From Algoriphagus sp. (GTDB lineage: Bacteria; Bacteroidota; Bacteroidia; Cytophagales; Cyclobacteriaceae), in the NCBI GenBank assembly GCA_040403475.1, contig JBBAKO010000014.1, positions 4,916 through 68,915 of the forward strand: DNA of 64,000 nucleotides. Reading direction: 5' to 3'. A model generated the notes under the pieces. That model did not search any database. It was not told the DNA's origin and was given only the letters and a program-made list of their open reading frames with translations. The translations under genes and the position numbers were made by a program. Positions 49,682 through 58,598 of this stretch are shown here, piece by piece; the first letter of the stretch is position 1, and each line of letters starts with the position of its first letter.

Positions 49682-51223
49682 TCAGTCTACGATTGCTAGC
49701 GTATCTAACGCAAACCTAATTCTTTTGGCTACCTCTTGCGGACCTAAGATTGCAAAAACCTCCATGAGGTCTGGACCAGCGCCGAGGCCAGTGACCGCGA
49801 GGCGAACAGCCTGCATGACCTTGCCCAATTTGATGCCATTTGCTTCGGCCGTGCTTTCTAGGAGAGCTTTGGCTGCTACCCCATCAAAAGGAGCAGGTAT
49901 TCCAGACTCGAGGGTCTGGGCATAGGCCTTCAATAAGGTGGCTGCATCTGCATTCCACTTTTTGGTGGCTACCTCCAGATCGAATTCGATAGGTGCATGG
50001 CTGATAAACTCACTATCTCTCCAGAAGTCTCCAGGGAAGGTGACCCGATCACGAAGAAGGGAGACGATAGCTCCTGCTTTTTCTTGGGAAAGGGTGGTGC
50101 CTGCTGCTTGCGCATCCTGCTGGAGGTAGGTGATCAAGTCCTCCTGTGCGCTGCCTCGCAAGTAATGCTCGTTGAACCACTTCGCTTTGGCGATGTCAAA
50201 TTTCGTTCCCGACTTGCCAATACGTTCGATGGAGAAGGCTTCTACGAGTTCGTCCACGGAGAAAATCTCGCGCTCATCCCCAGGGTTCCAGCCGAGGAAG
50301 GCCAGGAAGTTGAGAAGGGCTTCTGGGAGATAGCCATTTTCGCGAAATCCGCTGGACTTTTCTCCTGTAAAAGGATCGACCCAATTGAGTGGAAATACGG
50401 GAAAGCCCAGCTTGTCGCCATCGCGCTTGGAGAGCTTGCCATTGCCGTCCGGCTTGAGGAGCAGGGGCAGGTGGGCAAACTGGGGCATGGTATCCTCCCA
50501 TCCAAAGAAACGGTACAACAGTACATGTAGGGGGGCAGAGGGAAGCCATTCTTCTCCACGAATCACATGAGTGATGCCCATGAGGTGATCATCCACAATA
50601 TTGGCCAGGTGGTAGGTTGGCATGCCGTCCGACTTCATCAGGACCTTGTCGTCGAGTGTGCTCGAGTGCACCATGACCCACCCCCGAATCAGGTCGTGGA
50701 GACGTACCTCTTCTTTGAGGGGTAGTTTGGCGCGGATGACGTAGGGATCTCCCGAGGCCAATCGTTCCTTCACCTCGGCTGGGGAGAGGGTGAGGGAGTT
50801 TTTCATTTGGCTGCGGGTGATGCTGTTGTACTGAGGCTGTAGCACGCGGGCGGCGGTGAGGCGCTCCCGCATGGCCTCGAGCTCCTCGGAGGTATCAAAG
50901 GCATAGTAGGCATGGCCTTTTTCTACGAGATCTAGGGCATACTGCATGTAGCTTGCCTTACGCTCCGATTGGCGGTAAGGGGCTACAGATCCTGGATTCC
51001 AGGGGCTTTCGTCGGGGGAGATGCCCAACCAGTCTAGGGATTCTTGAATGTATTCTTCAGCGCCGGGTACAAAGCGGGTTTGGTCGGTATCTTCGATGCG
51101 GAGGAGAAACTTCCCCCCCATTTTTTTGGCAAAAAGGTAATTGTAGAGGGCGGTGCGCAGCCCTCCGATATGGAGTGCTCCCGTGGGTGAAGGGGCAAAT
51201 CGTACGCGAACTTCTTTGGTCAT
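49682..51223 (-). CDS. gltX: Glutamate--tRNA ligase
   Basis: RFAPSPTG, HIGG (HIGH), RIEDTD, KLSKR (KMSKS). Confidence 0.98.
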   Translation of the reverse strand: MTKEVRVRFAPSPTGALHIGGLRTALYNYLFAKKMGGKFLLRIEDTDQTRFVPGAEEYIQESLDWLGISPDESPWNPGSVAPYRQSERKASYMQYALDLVEKGHAYYAFDTSEELEAMRERLTAARVLQPQYNSITRSQMKNSLTLSPAEVKERLASGDPYVIRAKLPLKEEVRLHDLIRGWVMVHSSTLDDKVLMKSDGMPTYHLANIVDDHLMGITHVIRGEEWLPSAPLHVLLYRFFGWEDTMPQFAHLPLLLKPDGNGKLSKRDGDKLGFPVFPLNWVDPFTGEKSSGFRENGYLPEALLNFLAFLGWNPGDEREIFSVDELVEAFSIERIGKSGTKFDIAKAKWFNEHYLRGSAQEDLITYLQQDAQAAGTTLSQEKAGAIVSLLRDRVTFPGDFWRDSEFISHAPIEFDLEVATKKWNADAATLLKAYAQTLESGIPAPFDGVAAKALLESTAEANGIKLGKVMQAVRLAVTGLGAGPDLMEVFAILGPQEVAKRIRFALDTLAIVD

Positions 51224-51268
51224 GTTGGTAGTTGGCTTCTAAGCCCACAAAGATAGGAATTTGTCGGC

Positions 51269-51755
51269 GACCTTTGAGGTCTTTTAGACCTCGAAGGTCT
51301 AAATCTAAACCTTTGAGGTCTTCCAGACCTCGAAGGTTTATAAGATCGGAACGTAGGTGTAAACCTTCGCTGTTAAAAAAAACAGCAAAGGTTGGGCGCG
51401 ACCTTTGAGGTCTTTTAGACCTCGAAGGTCTTCATGAAAGGGATTTAAGTCAAAACCCTCGCTGTTAAAAAAAACAGCAAAGGTTGGGAGTGACCTTTGC
51501 GGTCTCCCAGACCTCGAAGGTCTAAATGAGGGGGATTTAGGATTAAACCTTCGCTGTTAAAAAAACAGCAAAGGTTGGGCGCGACCTTTGTGGTCTCCCA
51601 GACCTCGAAGGTCTAAATAAGTGAAATCCATGTTTAAACCTTCGCTGTTAAAAAAAACAGCAAAGGTTGGACGCGACCTTTGCGGTCTCCCACACCTCGA
51701 AGGTTTAAATACTTGAAATGGAATGCAAAACCCTCGCTGTTAAAAAAAACAGCAA
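51269..51755. repeat. BIME/REP-like array of alternating palindromes, ~92-bp period, with variable ~22-nt spacers
   Basis: Hairpin B (AAACCTTCGCTGTTAAAAAAAACAGCAAAGGTT) at 51361, 51453, 51545, 51636 and 51728 (last one truncated), alternating with six copies of hairpin A (GACCTTTGAGGTCTTTTAGACCTCGAAGGTC). Confidence 0.9.
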
Positions 51756-51835
51756 CCATTTTGGAATTCCAAAATTCGTTTCTTAGGTTTAGTTATATTT
51801 TTATATTTAGTCTTTTTATTTTAATATTTTTATTT

Positions 51836-53467
51836 ATGAAATCATTTTTATACAAATTATTCGTTTCTATACCTTATTTTTTGAACTGGGCAGGCCTAGG
51901 CCTGCTCATTTTAGCACTGGGTGGCTGTGTGCAGGAACCGGAGCTGCCCCAACTCGAGCAATCCGGACTAGACCAAACTGCGCAAATTACTCCCGTAAGG
52001 GCCTGGTTTGAGGCGAATAAGGGAAGCTTGCGCCTCCCCGAGCGAGGATCTACATTCCGAACAGGATCACAGGAGTTGATTTTACCCTTTTTTGAAAAGG
52101 AGCCGGATTGGGACAAGGTGCACCATTACTTTTTTCCGGATGGGCGAGAGGTGTTTGAGTTCAACTTGGAAAACAAGGAGATTTTTATCCCCTCTTTGGG
52201 AGAGCAGCAGCAGGATCAAGGGCTAGCGAGACGAAGCATTCAGAACATTCTTTTTGTCAAGCACCCGACGGAGGCACGCTTTGACCCGCTGATAGTCCGG
52301 TATTATCCTGATGCTGAAACTTCAAAACGAAATTTTAAAGACATCAACTACCAGATGATCGATGAAAAATGGTCTGGAACCGTGGATCTTTTCACCTACG
52401 ACGAGCATTTTTTTATTGGCTTTGAGATTCACAAGGGGAGCATTCTTTCCACCCGCGAGGTAGAGGTAGCTGGAGCAAGCGGACGAAGTGCGGTAGGGGC
52501 TGAGCAGCTGGATATCCGCTGCTCGGTGACCACTACAGATTGGATTCAGATTTACTACAACTACGAGACCAAGAGAGTTGAATTCATCACACTCTCCCCA
52601 ACCCGCAGCTATTCCTGTGCTGTTGGGGGTCCGCAGGGGGAAGATTCGGGTGCGGGAGGGAATTACGTTTATCTACCCGGGGATTCCTTTCCTAGGGCAG
52701 GTGGGGCTTTGGGGAGTTACAATCCTCCAGATGTGCCGCTACCCATGCTGCGCATCTACATCGACAGCTCCATCACAGACGACCCTCGACTCAGTTGCAT
52801 TGTGGACAAATTGGCGCTATCTGAATTTATGAGTAAAATTGCAGAGCTTACCAAAACAAAGGATAAAAACACCAACTCGATTTTGAAGCTTGGGAATACC
52901 AAAAATCAAACCGCGTACGGAGAAACAAAAAATGTGGCTGGATTCAATGAGATCACGATTAATAAATCGTATTTACATAGACCAGATTTAATGTTTGCTC
53001 GGACCATTTTTCATGAGCTAGCTCACGCGGAAATCATGGCTGCATTAAAAGCAAATAGAATTACGCCGATCGATGGTAATTTTCCAGCAAACCTGGATTT
53101 GTATATTACCTTTTATTTAAATACTGCGAAGGACGAGGAAGATAAAGATGACTTACTAGGAAATAGACAGCACAATTACATGGCTGCCAATTTACTTCCA
53201 GTGATGGGGCGAGGATTGATGAATTTCCATAGAGAGCAGTTTCCTGAAGAGTTCAAGCAGTTCAGTGACTTTATGAAAATTGCAGGCTATCCGAAAGGGC
53301 TTACTGAAGATTTTTACATGAACTTGTTTTGGGAAGGACTAGAAACCACAACCGCATATAAACAAATGGCAGCAATCACCGTCCAGCCACCTTTTCTATC
53401 GCCACTTAAAAAAATGGAAAATGATTTGTTGAATGCAGAAAAACTGACAAAACCATGTGGAACCTAA
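51836..53467 (+). CDS. Lipoprotein with C-terminal HExxH zinc-metallopeptidase-like domain (putative polymorphic toxin 1)
   Basis: Start is ATG 51836, matching the paralog start at 55910. Lipobox LALGG-C31, Gly/Pro-rich linker, RTIFHELAHAEI, QHNYMA, FYMNLFWEGL. Confidence 0.8.
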   Translation: MKSFLYKLFVSIPYFLNWAGLGLLILALGGCVQEPELPQLEQSGLDQTAQITPVRAWFEANKGSLRLPERGSTFRTGSQELILPFFEKEPDWDKVHHYFFPDGREVFEFNLENKEIFIPSLGEQQQDQGLARRSIQNILFVKHPTEARFDPLIVRYYPDAETSKRNFKDINYQMIDEKWSGTVDLFTYDEHFFIGFEIHKGSILSTREVEVAGASGRSAVGAEQLDIRCSVTTTDWIQIYYNYETKRVEFITLSPTRSYSCAVGGPQGEDSGAGGNYVYLPGDSFPRAGGALGSYNPPDVPLPMLRIYIDSSITDDPRLSCIVDKLALSEFMSKIAELTKTKDKNTNSILKLGNTKNQTAYGETKNVAGFNEITINKSYLHRPDLMFARTIFHELAHAEIMAALKANRITPIDGNFPANLDLYITFYLNTAKDEEDKDDLLGNRQHNYMAANLLPVMGRGLMNFHREQFPEEFKQFSDFMKIAGYPKGLTEDFYMNLFWEGLETTTAYKQMAAITVQPPFLSPLKKMENDLLNAEKLTKPCGT

Positions 53468-53868
53468 TTTTACTACTTTCACTTTGGCTAGCTCCAACAC
53501 ATTCTCCCTCAGATTCCATTATTCTGATTGCGGACGATTGTTCCAAGTGGTATATGTCCATAAATAAAAAAAAAGGGCAATTTGGGCTTTCAAAAAGGAC
53601 TCCAGACTTCCATTCCGTAAGATTAGTTTATGGATGGATAACTCCAGAGGATAGCTTATCAAAAATCAACATTCGCTATGCTGACATTCTGGAGCAAAAA
53701 CCGAGATATACCTCCGAATTAAACGCAGACGAGTGGATAAAATTGGCTAACGATAAGAGAAAAATTTATTTGCTAAGACCCGACGATTTTTGTTCTAGAA
53801 AGCGCTTTATTTTGAATCAAGAGTTTATCCTTTATGAAGTACGAATAGGACTATCAGGATCCATGTAG
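53455..53868 (+). CDS. Secreted partner / putative immunity protein, copy 1 (cognate position)
   Basis: 137 aa, signal peptide MWNLILLLSLWLAP; overlaps the lipoprotein end by 13 bp. Confidence 0.8.
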   Translation: MWNLILLLSLWLAPTHSPSDSIILIADDCSKWYMSINKKKGQFGLSKRTPDFHSVRLVYGWITPEDSLSKINIRYADILEQKPRYTSELNADEWIKLANDKRKIYLLRPDDFCSRKRFILNQEFILYEVRIGLSGSM

Positions 53869-54057
53869 AGACGCGCTATTTTTCTTCAACTATCCCTCCT
53901 ATCTGCTAAAAAAATAGGAAGCAGACCTGTTTTGGGAAGGACTAGAAACCACAACCGCATACAAACAAATGGCCGAAATCATCGTCCAGCCACCTTTTCT
54001 ATCCCCCCTTGAAAAAATGAAAAGAGACAAACGATTATCTGAACAACTAACAAAGCC

Positions 54058-54462
54058 ATGTGGAACCTAATTTTACTACTTACACTTTGGCTAGTTCCAG
54101 CCCCTTCTCCATCAGATTCCATTTTTCTGATTGCGGACGATTGTTCCAATTGGAGCATAACCATATTAAATAAAAAAGAAGGTTATTTCGCATTTTCCAA
54201 AGACATTCCAATTTTCCATTCCTTAGGATTAAGTCATGGTTGGCTATTTCCAAAGGATAGCATGTCAAAAATCAGCATGCGCTATGCTGACATTCTGGAG
54301 CAAAAACCGAGATATACCTCCGAATTAAACGCAGACGATTGGCTGAAATTGGATAACGATAAGAGAAAAATCTATTTACTAAGACCCGACGATTATTGTA
54401 CTAGAAAGCGCTTTGTCTTTAATCAAGAATTTACCCTGTATGAAGTCCGTATAGGACTATAG
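54058..54462 (+). CDS. Secreted partner / putative immunity protein, copy 2
   Basis: Intact 134-aa paralog sharing IADDC, YADILEQKPRYTSEL and LLRPDD. Confidence 0.8.
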   Translation: MWNLILLLTLWLVPAPSPSDSIFLIADDCSNWSITILNKKEGYFAFSKDIPIFHSLGLSHGWLFPKDSMSKISMRYADILEQKPRYTSELNADDWLKLDNDKRKIYLLRPDDYCTRKRFVFNQEFTLYEVRIGL

Positions 54463-54658
54463 GCCCCAAATAAGGATTGCACTATTTTTCTTCCACTAGC
54501 CTAACTGCATAAAAATTAGGGGTGTGGCTTTTTTTAAAGGGACTAGAAACCACAACCGCATACAAACAAATGGCCGCAATCACCGTCCAGAAACCTCTTT
54601 TATCGCCATTTGAAAAAATGAAAAATGATCTGTTGAATTCAAAAAAACTAACAAACCC

Positions 54659-55078
54659 ATATGGAAACTAATTTTACTACTTTCACTTTGGCTAGCTCCC
54701 AGCCCTTCTCCCTCAGATTACATTATTCTGATTGCAGACGATTGTTCCAAGTGGTATATGAACATTAATAAAAAAAAAGGGCATTTTGGGCTTTCAAAAA
54801 GTACTCCCGGCATCCATTCCGTAAGTTTAGTGTATGGATGGATAACTCCAGAGGACAGCTTATCAAAAATCAACATGCGCTATGCTGACATTCTGGAGCA
54901 AAACCCGAGATACACCTCCGAATTAAAAAAAGAGGATTGGATTGAACTGACCTATGGAAAAAATAAAAAGAAAATATTTTTATTAAGACCCGACGATTAT
55001 TGTACTAGAAAGCGCTTTGTCTTAAATCAAGAATTTACGCTTTATGAAGTACGTATGGGCCTGTCCGGTGACGAGTAG
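54659..55078 (+). pseudogene. Partner copy 3, start codon mutated ATG to ATA
   Basis: ATA TGG AAA CTA ATT at 54659 is in frame with ORF 54758..55078 and restores the signal peptide. Confidence 0.72.
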
Positions 55079-55263
55079 GGATGCACTGTTTTTCTTCAAC
55101 TAGCCTATCTGCATAAAAAATTAGAAAGAGGATCTTTTTGGGAAGGACTAGAAACCACAACCGCATACAAACAAATGGCCGCAATCACCGTCCAGCCACC
55201 TTTTCTATCGCCACTTAAAAAAATGGAAAATGATTTTTGGAATGCAGAAAAACTGACAAAAGC

Positions 55264-55716
55264 ATGTGGAAACTAATTTTAGTACTTGCAATTTGGCTAG
55301 CTCCAAATCCTGCTCCCTCAGATTCCATTATTCTGATTGCGGACGATTGCACTAAATGGGGTAAGATTGACCCCTATAGAAAAAGTGCTAGGTACTCCAT
55401 AGTAAAGTCTACCACAGATTTTCATAGTATTATGTTAATCCACGATTGGATGCTCACAGAGGACAGCTTGTCAAAAATCAACATGCACTATGCTGACATT
55501 ATGGAACATAACCCAAGATATACCTCCGAATTAAACGCAGACGATTGGATAAAATTGGATACCGAAAAGAGGAAAATTTATTTACTAAGACCCGACGATT
55601 ATTGTACTAGTGAAAGCGCTTTGTCTTTAATCAAGAATTTACCCTGTATGAAGTACGTATGGGCCTGTCCGGTAAAGAGTAGAGAGCCAACAAAGTCACT
55701 AGAAAAAAAGGAGTAA
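55264..55716 (+). pseudogene. Partner copy 4, 2-bp insertion frameshifts the C-terminus
   Basis: ATG at 55264. ACTAG-TG-AAAGC at ~55611 versus ACTAGAAAGC in copies 2 and 3. The ancestral stop would be TAG at 55680-55682. Confidence 0.75.
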
Positions 55717-55727
55717 ACCCTGTTCTT

Positions 55728-55830
55728 GACCTCGAAGGTCTAATCCAAACCTTTGAGGTCTTCCAGACCTCGAAGGTTTAAATGCTTGAATTGGAATGCA
55801 AAATGGTCGCTGTTAAAAAAAAATAGCAAC
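55728..55830. repeat. Reduced copy of the palindrome array upstream of lipoprotein 2
   Basis: GACCTCGAAGGTCTAATCCAAACCTTTGAGGTCTTCCAGACCTCGAAGGTTTA matches 51287-51340; the sequence that follows matches 51705-51835. Confidence 0.85.
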
Positions 55831-55909
55831 CATTTTGGAATTCCAAAATTCGTTTTTTAGATTTAGCTATATTTTTATATTTACTCTTTTTATATTAATG
55901 TTTTAATTT

Positions 55910-57505
55910 ATGAAATCATTTTTATACAAATTATTAGTTTTTATACCTTGTTTTTTGAACTGGTCAGGCCTATGCCTGCTCATTTTAGCACTGGGTGGCT
56001 GTATGCAGGAACCGGAGCTGCCCCAACCCAAGCAAACAGGACTAGACCAAACTGCGCAAATTGCTCTCGTAAGGGCCTGGTTTGAAGCGAATAAGGGAAG
56101 CTTACGCCTCCCCGAGCGAGGATCTAACTTTCGAACGGAATCTCAGGAGTTGATTTTACCCTTTTTTGAAAAAGAACCCGATTGGGACAAGGTGCACCAT
56201 TACTTTTTTCCAGATGGGCGAGAGGTGTTTGAAATAAATTTGAAAAATTTTACCAAATACTATCCTACCAGCTTGCTGGACAGTTTCCCCAACCAGAACC
56301 CTGTGGATGTGGTTATACAGAATATACTTTTTGTCAAACATCCCACCAAAGAGCGCTTTGATCCAGTGATTTTGAGGTATTATCCCGCTAATTCAACTAA
56401 CGAAAAGACTTTTGAAGAGATGAGTTACCAAGCCATCGATTATGATTGGAGTGGAACCATCGAGTTATTCACTTACGATGAACATCACTTCGTTGGATTC
56501 GAGATTAAAGAGGGAAAAGTCGTGAGGGATTTTACACGAAAACCATTTGAAGGAGAAAAGAAAAAATCTACAGCGAATATGGATGTGCGCTGCACCACAC
56601 ATTATTATCCTGTCGGTTATCAAGCATGTGCAGGCTCCTCCTGCCACACGACTATCCTTTATTACATCGCTGAGACTTCTTGTTCCGGCGGAGATTTAGG
56701 TACTACTACTAAAAGCTATCAATATCCAACAGAAGTACCAAGCTTGGGCGGAAATCCAACAACCGATGGCAATGGAACATGTAGTACCTGCGAATACAAC
56801 CCTCCGAGTTTGACAATGCCAGGATTGTTAAATAAACTAACCAATCCATGCGCTAGTGAACTCTTTAAACAAGTCAAAAGATCGGGTATCCAATCAGGAA
56901 ATCAAACAGGAAATTTTAATATAGATCAATAGATACTTAAGCTATTTGAGGAATCAGCAAAGTATGATTACGTCATTCAAAATTCTGACAATTCAACCAC
57001 AACAACTCCCCATTTCAATACCGATACAAGAAAACCAGAATTTGTAGTAAATCTGAATAATACTTATTTAAGTACAGCGACGCAACTATCTATTGTTAGA
57101 ACAATTATTCATGAATCTTTGCATGCGTATATTTCATATAAAATTGCCGTGGAAATTGAATATAAATTAGAGTTTGAAAAAGACTATTCTGAATATTTGA
57201 AGGCAAGAAGACCAAGTGATATTAACCGAGCTCAACATGAACTTATGGGATCCTATGTAGAGACTATGGCTTACAGCTTAAAGCAATGGGATAGGATTTA
57301 TGGAAATGGGAAATTAGGCAATCCCTTACTGGAAGATAATTATTATAGAGCTATGGCATTTGGCGGACTATTTAGAGATGGATCTAATATTCCCACAGAT
57401 TCTTTCAAGGCTCTGATTCCAAGTGGAATCGAGCGGATGAACATACTCAAAATTATCTTTAATGAACAAGAAGGAACCGATTCGAAAGGAACAAAATGCA
57501 ACTGA
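55910..57505 (+). pseudogene. Lipoprotein paralog 2 with HExxH domain, interrupted by a single in-frame TAG (56930-56932)
   Basis: ORFs 55910..56932 and 57119..57505 share a frame. Reading past TAG gives ILKLFEES...VRTIIHESLHAYI...AQHELM...YYRAMAFGGL...KCN. Confidence 0.82.
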
Positions 57506-58089
57506 TCAAAATTTCGCTCATTATATTCCTAGCTATTTTTACCTGGGACAGATGTCTTTTTGCTCAAATTGTGACTGCAAAGGAATATGAAGTAATAAAT
57601 AATCTCTATGGCCATAATAATGATTTGAAGAAGTTTAGAGTTTATAAATATTTAGCTCCTGATTCTGTGTTTAAAGATTTCATCAAAATTAAGCAGGATA
57701 GTGTTATTAGTTTTTTTGGGACGTTGGACGAGGAGAAATTGAGAGAGATTATGAAAAACTTCGAGCTTGATAAGGAAATGTTGGCCACTCTGGACCAGGA
57801 TTCCATTGAATTAAAAAGTTCAAAGTTGGATTGTGGAATTCGGATTAAAAAATCTATAAATAAATCCAACCTTCTCTCTAGACCGCTTATCTCAGGAAAT
57901 TACGCCATCTTATATTTAAAATCCCCTTGTGAAAGCTATATAGAACAATATGTCTTTGCTAAAAAAATTATGGATAATTGGGTTTATTATGGTGATTTCA
58001 TGATTTCATCCCGATATGTTGAGACCCCTGTATATCCGAAAATAAAAAGGATCTGGAAAGTTATTTTCCGAAATAGATATTGTGATTGA
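57496..58089 (+). CDS. Secreted partner / putative immunity protein of lipoprotein 2
   Basis: 197 aa, signal peptide, 10-bp overlap with the upstream gene end, low GC, no visible similarity to partner copies 1-4. Confidence 0.7.
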   Translation: MQLIKISLIIFLAIFTWDRCLFAQIVTAKEYEVINNLYGHNNDLKKFRVYKYLAPDSVFKDFIKIKQDSVISFFGTLDEEKLREIMKNFELDKEMLATLDQDSIELKSSKLDCGIRIKKSINKSNLLSRPLISGNYAILYLKSPCESYIEQYVFAKKIMDNWVYYGDFMISSRYVETPVYPKIKRIWKVIFRNRYCD

Positions 58090-58142
58090 AATTCAGTTTA
58101 GACTTCGATTAAGTTTTTTAAGATGATCTAATCTCCTCAACG

Positions 58143-58172
58143 CTCCTCGATCCGCCGCAGCGGATCGAGGAG
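58143..58172. repeat. GC-rich hairpin with CCGCCGCAGCGG core
   Basis: CTCCTCGATCCGC-cgca-GCGGATCGAGGAG; the same core occurs at 58629-58640. Confidence 0.6.
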
Positions 58173-58186
58173 GAAAAGCAGTAAAC

Positions 58187-58216
58187 AAAAAAAGCCCCGT
58201 ACGTACGGGGCTTTTT
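58187..58216. terminator. Bidirectional terminator after rplS
   Basis: A7-GCCCCGTACGTACGGGGC-T5. Confidence 0.85.
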
Positions 58217-58232
58217 GATGGACTGGGTAAGA

Positions 58233-58598
58233 CTAGCGTCTCACTCTGATTTTTTCCTTGATACGAGCCGCCTTACCTTGACGTCCTCTCAAGTAGAATA
58301 GACGAGCTCTTCTTACTTTACCTTCTCTCACCAGGTCGATTTGCTCGATGGCTGGGGAGATGATTGGGAAGATACGCTCTACACCAATTCCATTGGAAAT
58401 CTTACGCACTGTAAAGGTTTCTCCGTTGGAGTTTGGGTTTTTTCGTTGGATCACAGTTCCTTGGAACTGCTGGATTCTTTCCTTGTTACCTTCTTTGATA
58501 CGTACGTGTACGTTGATGGTATCACCGGCTTTGAAAGAAGGGAACTTGGCTCTCGCCTCGCTGTATTCCGCTTCTACAATTTTCATTAGATCGCTCAT
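58233..58598 (-). CDS. rplS: 50S ribosomal protein L19
   Basis: [39 protein letters not shown]. Confidence 0.98.
   Translation of the reverse strand: MSDLMKIVEAEYSEARAKFPSFKAGDTINVHVRIKEGNKERIQQFQGTVIQRKNPNSNGETFTVRKISNGIGVERIFPIISPAIEQIDLVREGKVRRARLFYLRGRQGKAARIKEKIRVRR

Larger units (their letters stand above)
53328..55690 (+). repeat. Four tandem ~603-bp cassettes (lipoprotein 3' tip plus partner gene)
   Basis: CTAGAAACCACAACCGCAT at 53339, 53942, 54543 and 55148, giving periods of 603, 601 and 605 bp. Confidence 0.92.

Noticed and set aside
51269-51755. Calling the array a CRISPR
   Set aside because: Repeats are ~70 bp with two hairpins, spacers are only ~22 nt and partly resemble each other, and no cas genes are in the window. 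It fits REP/BIME better.
51680-51835. N-terminal extension of the 595-aa ORF
   Set aside because: It runs through the repeat array and the T-rich upstream region; the paralog and the lipoprotein signal indicate ATG 51836.
53566-54778. A9 tracts in partner copies 1 and 3 as phase-variation switches
   Set aside because: Both are in frame and encode Lys runs, and A-runs of this length are common in this AT-rich region, so there is no evidence of slippage.
53328-55690. Diversity-generating retroelement or integron explanation for the cassettes
   Set aside because: No reverse transcriptase, integron integrase or attC-like sites are seen, and the variation is not confined to adenine positions.
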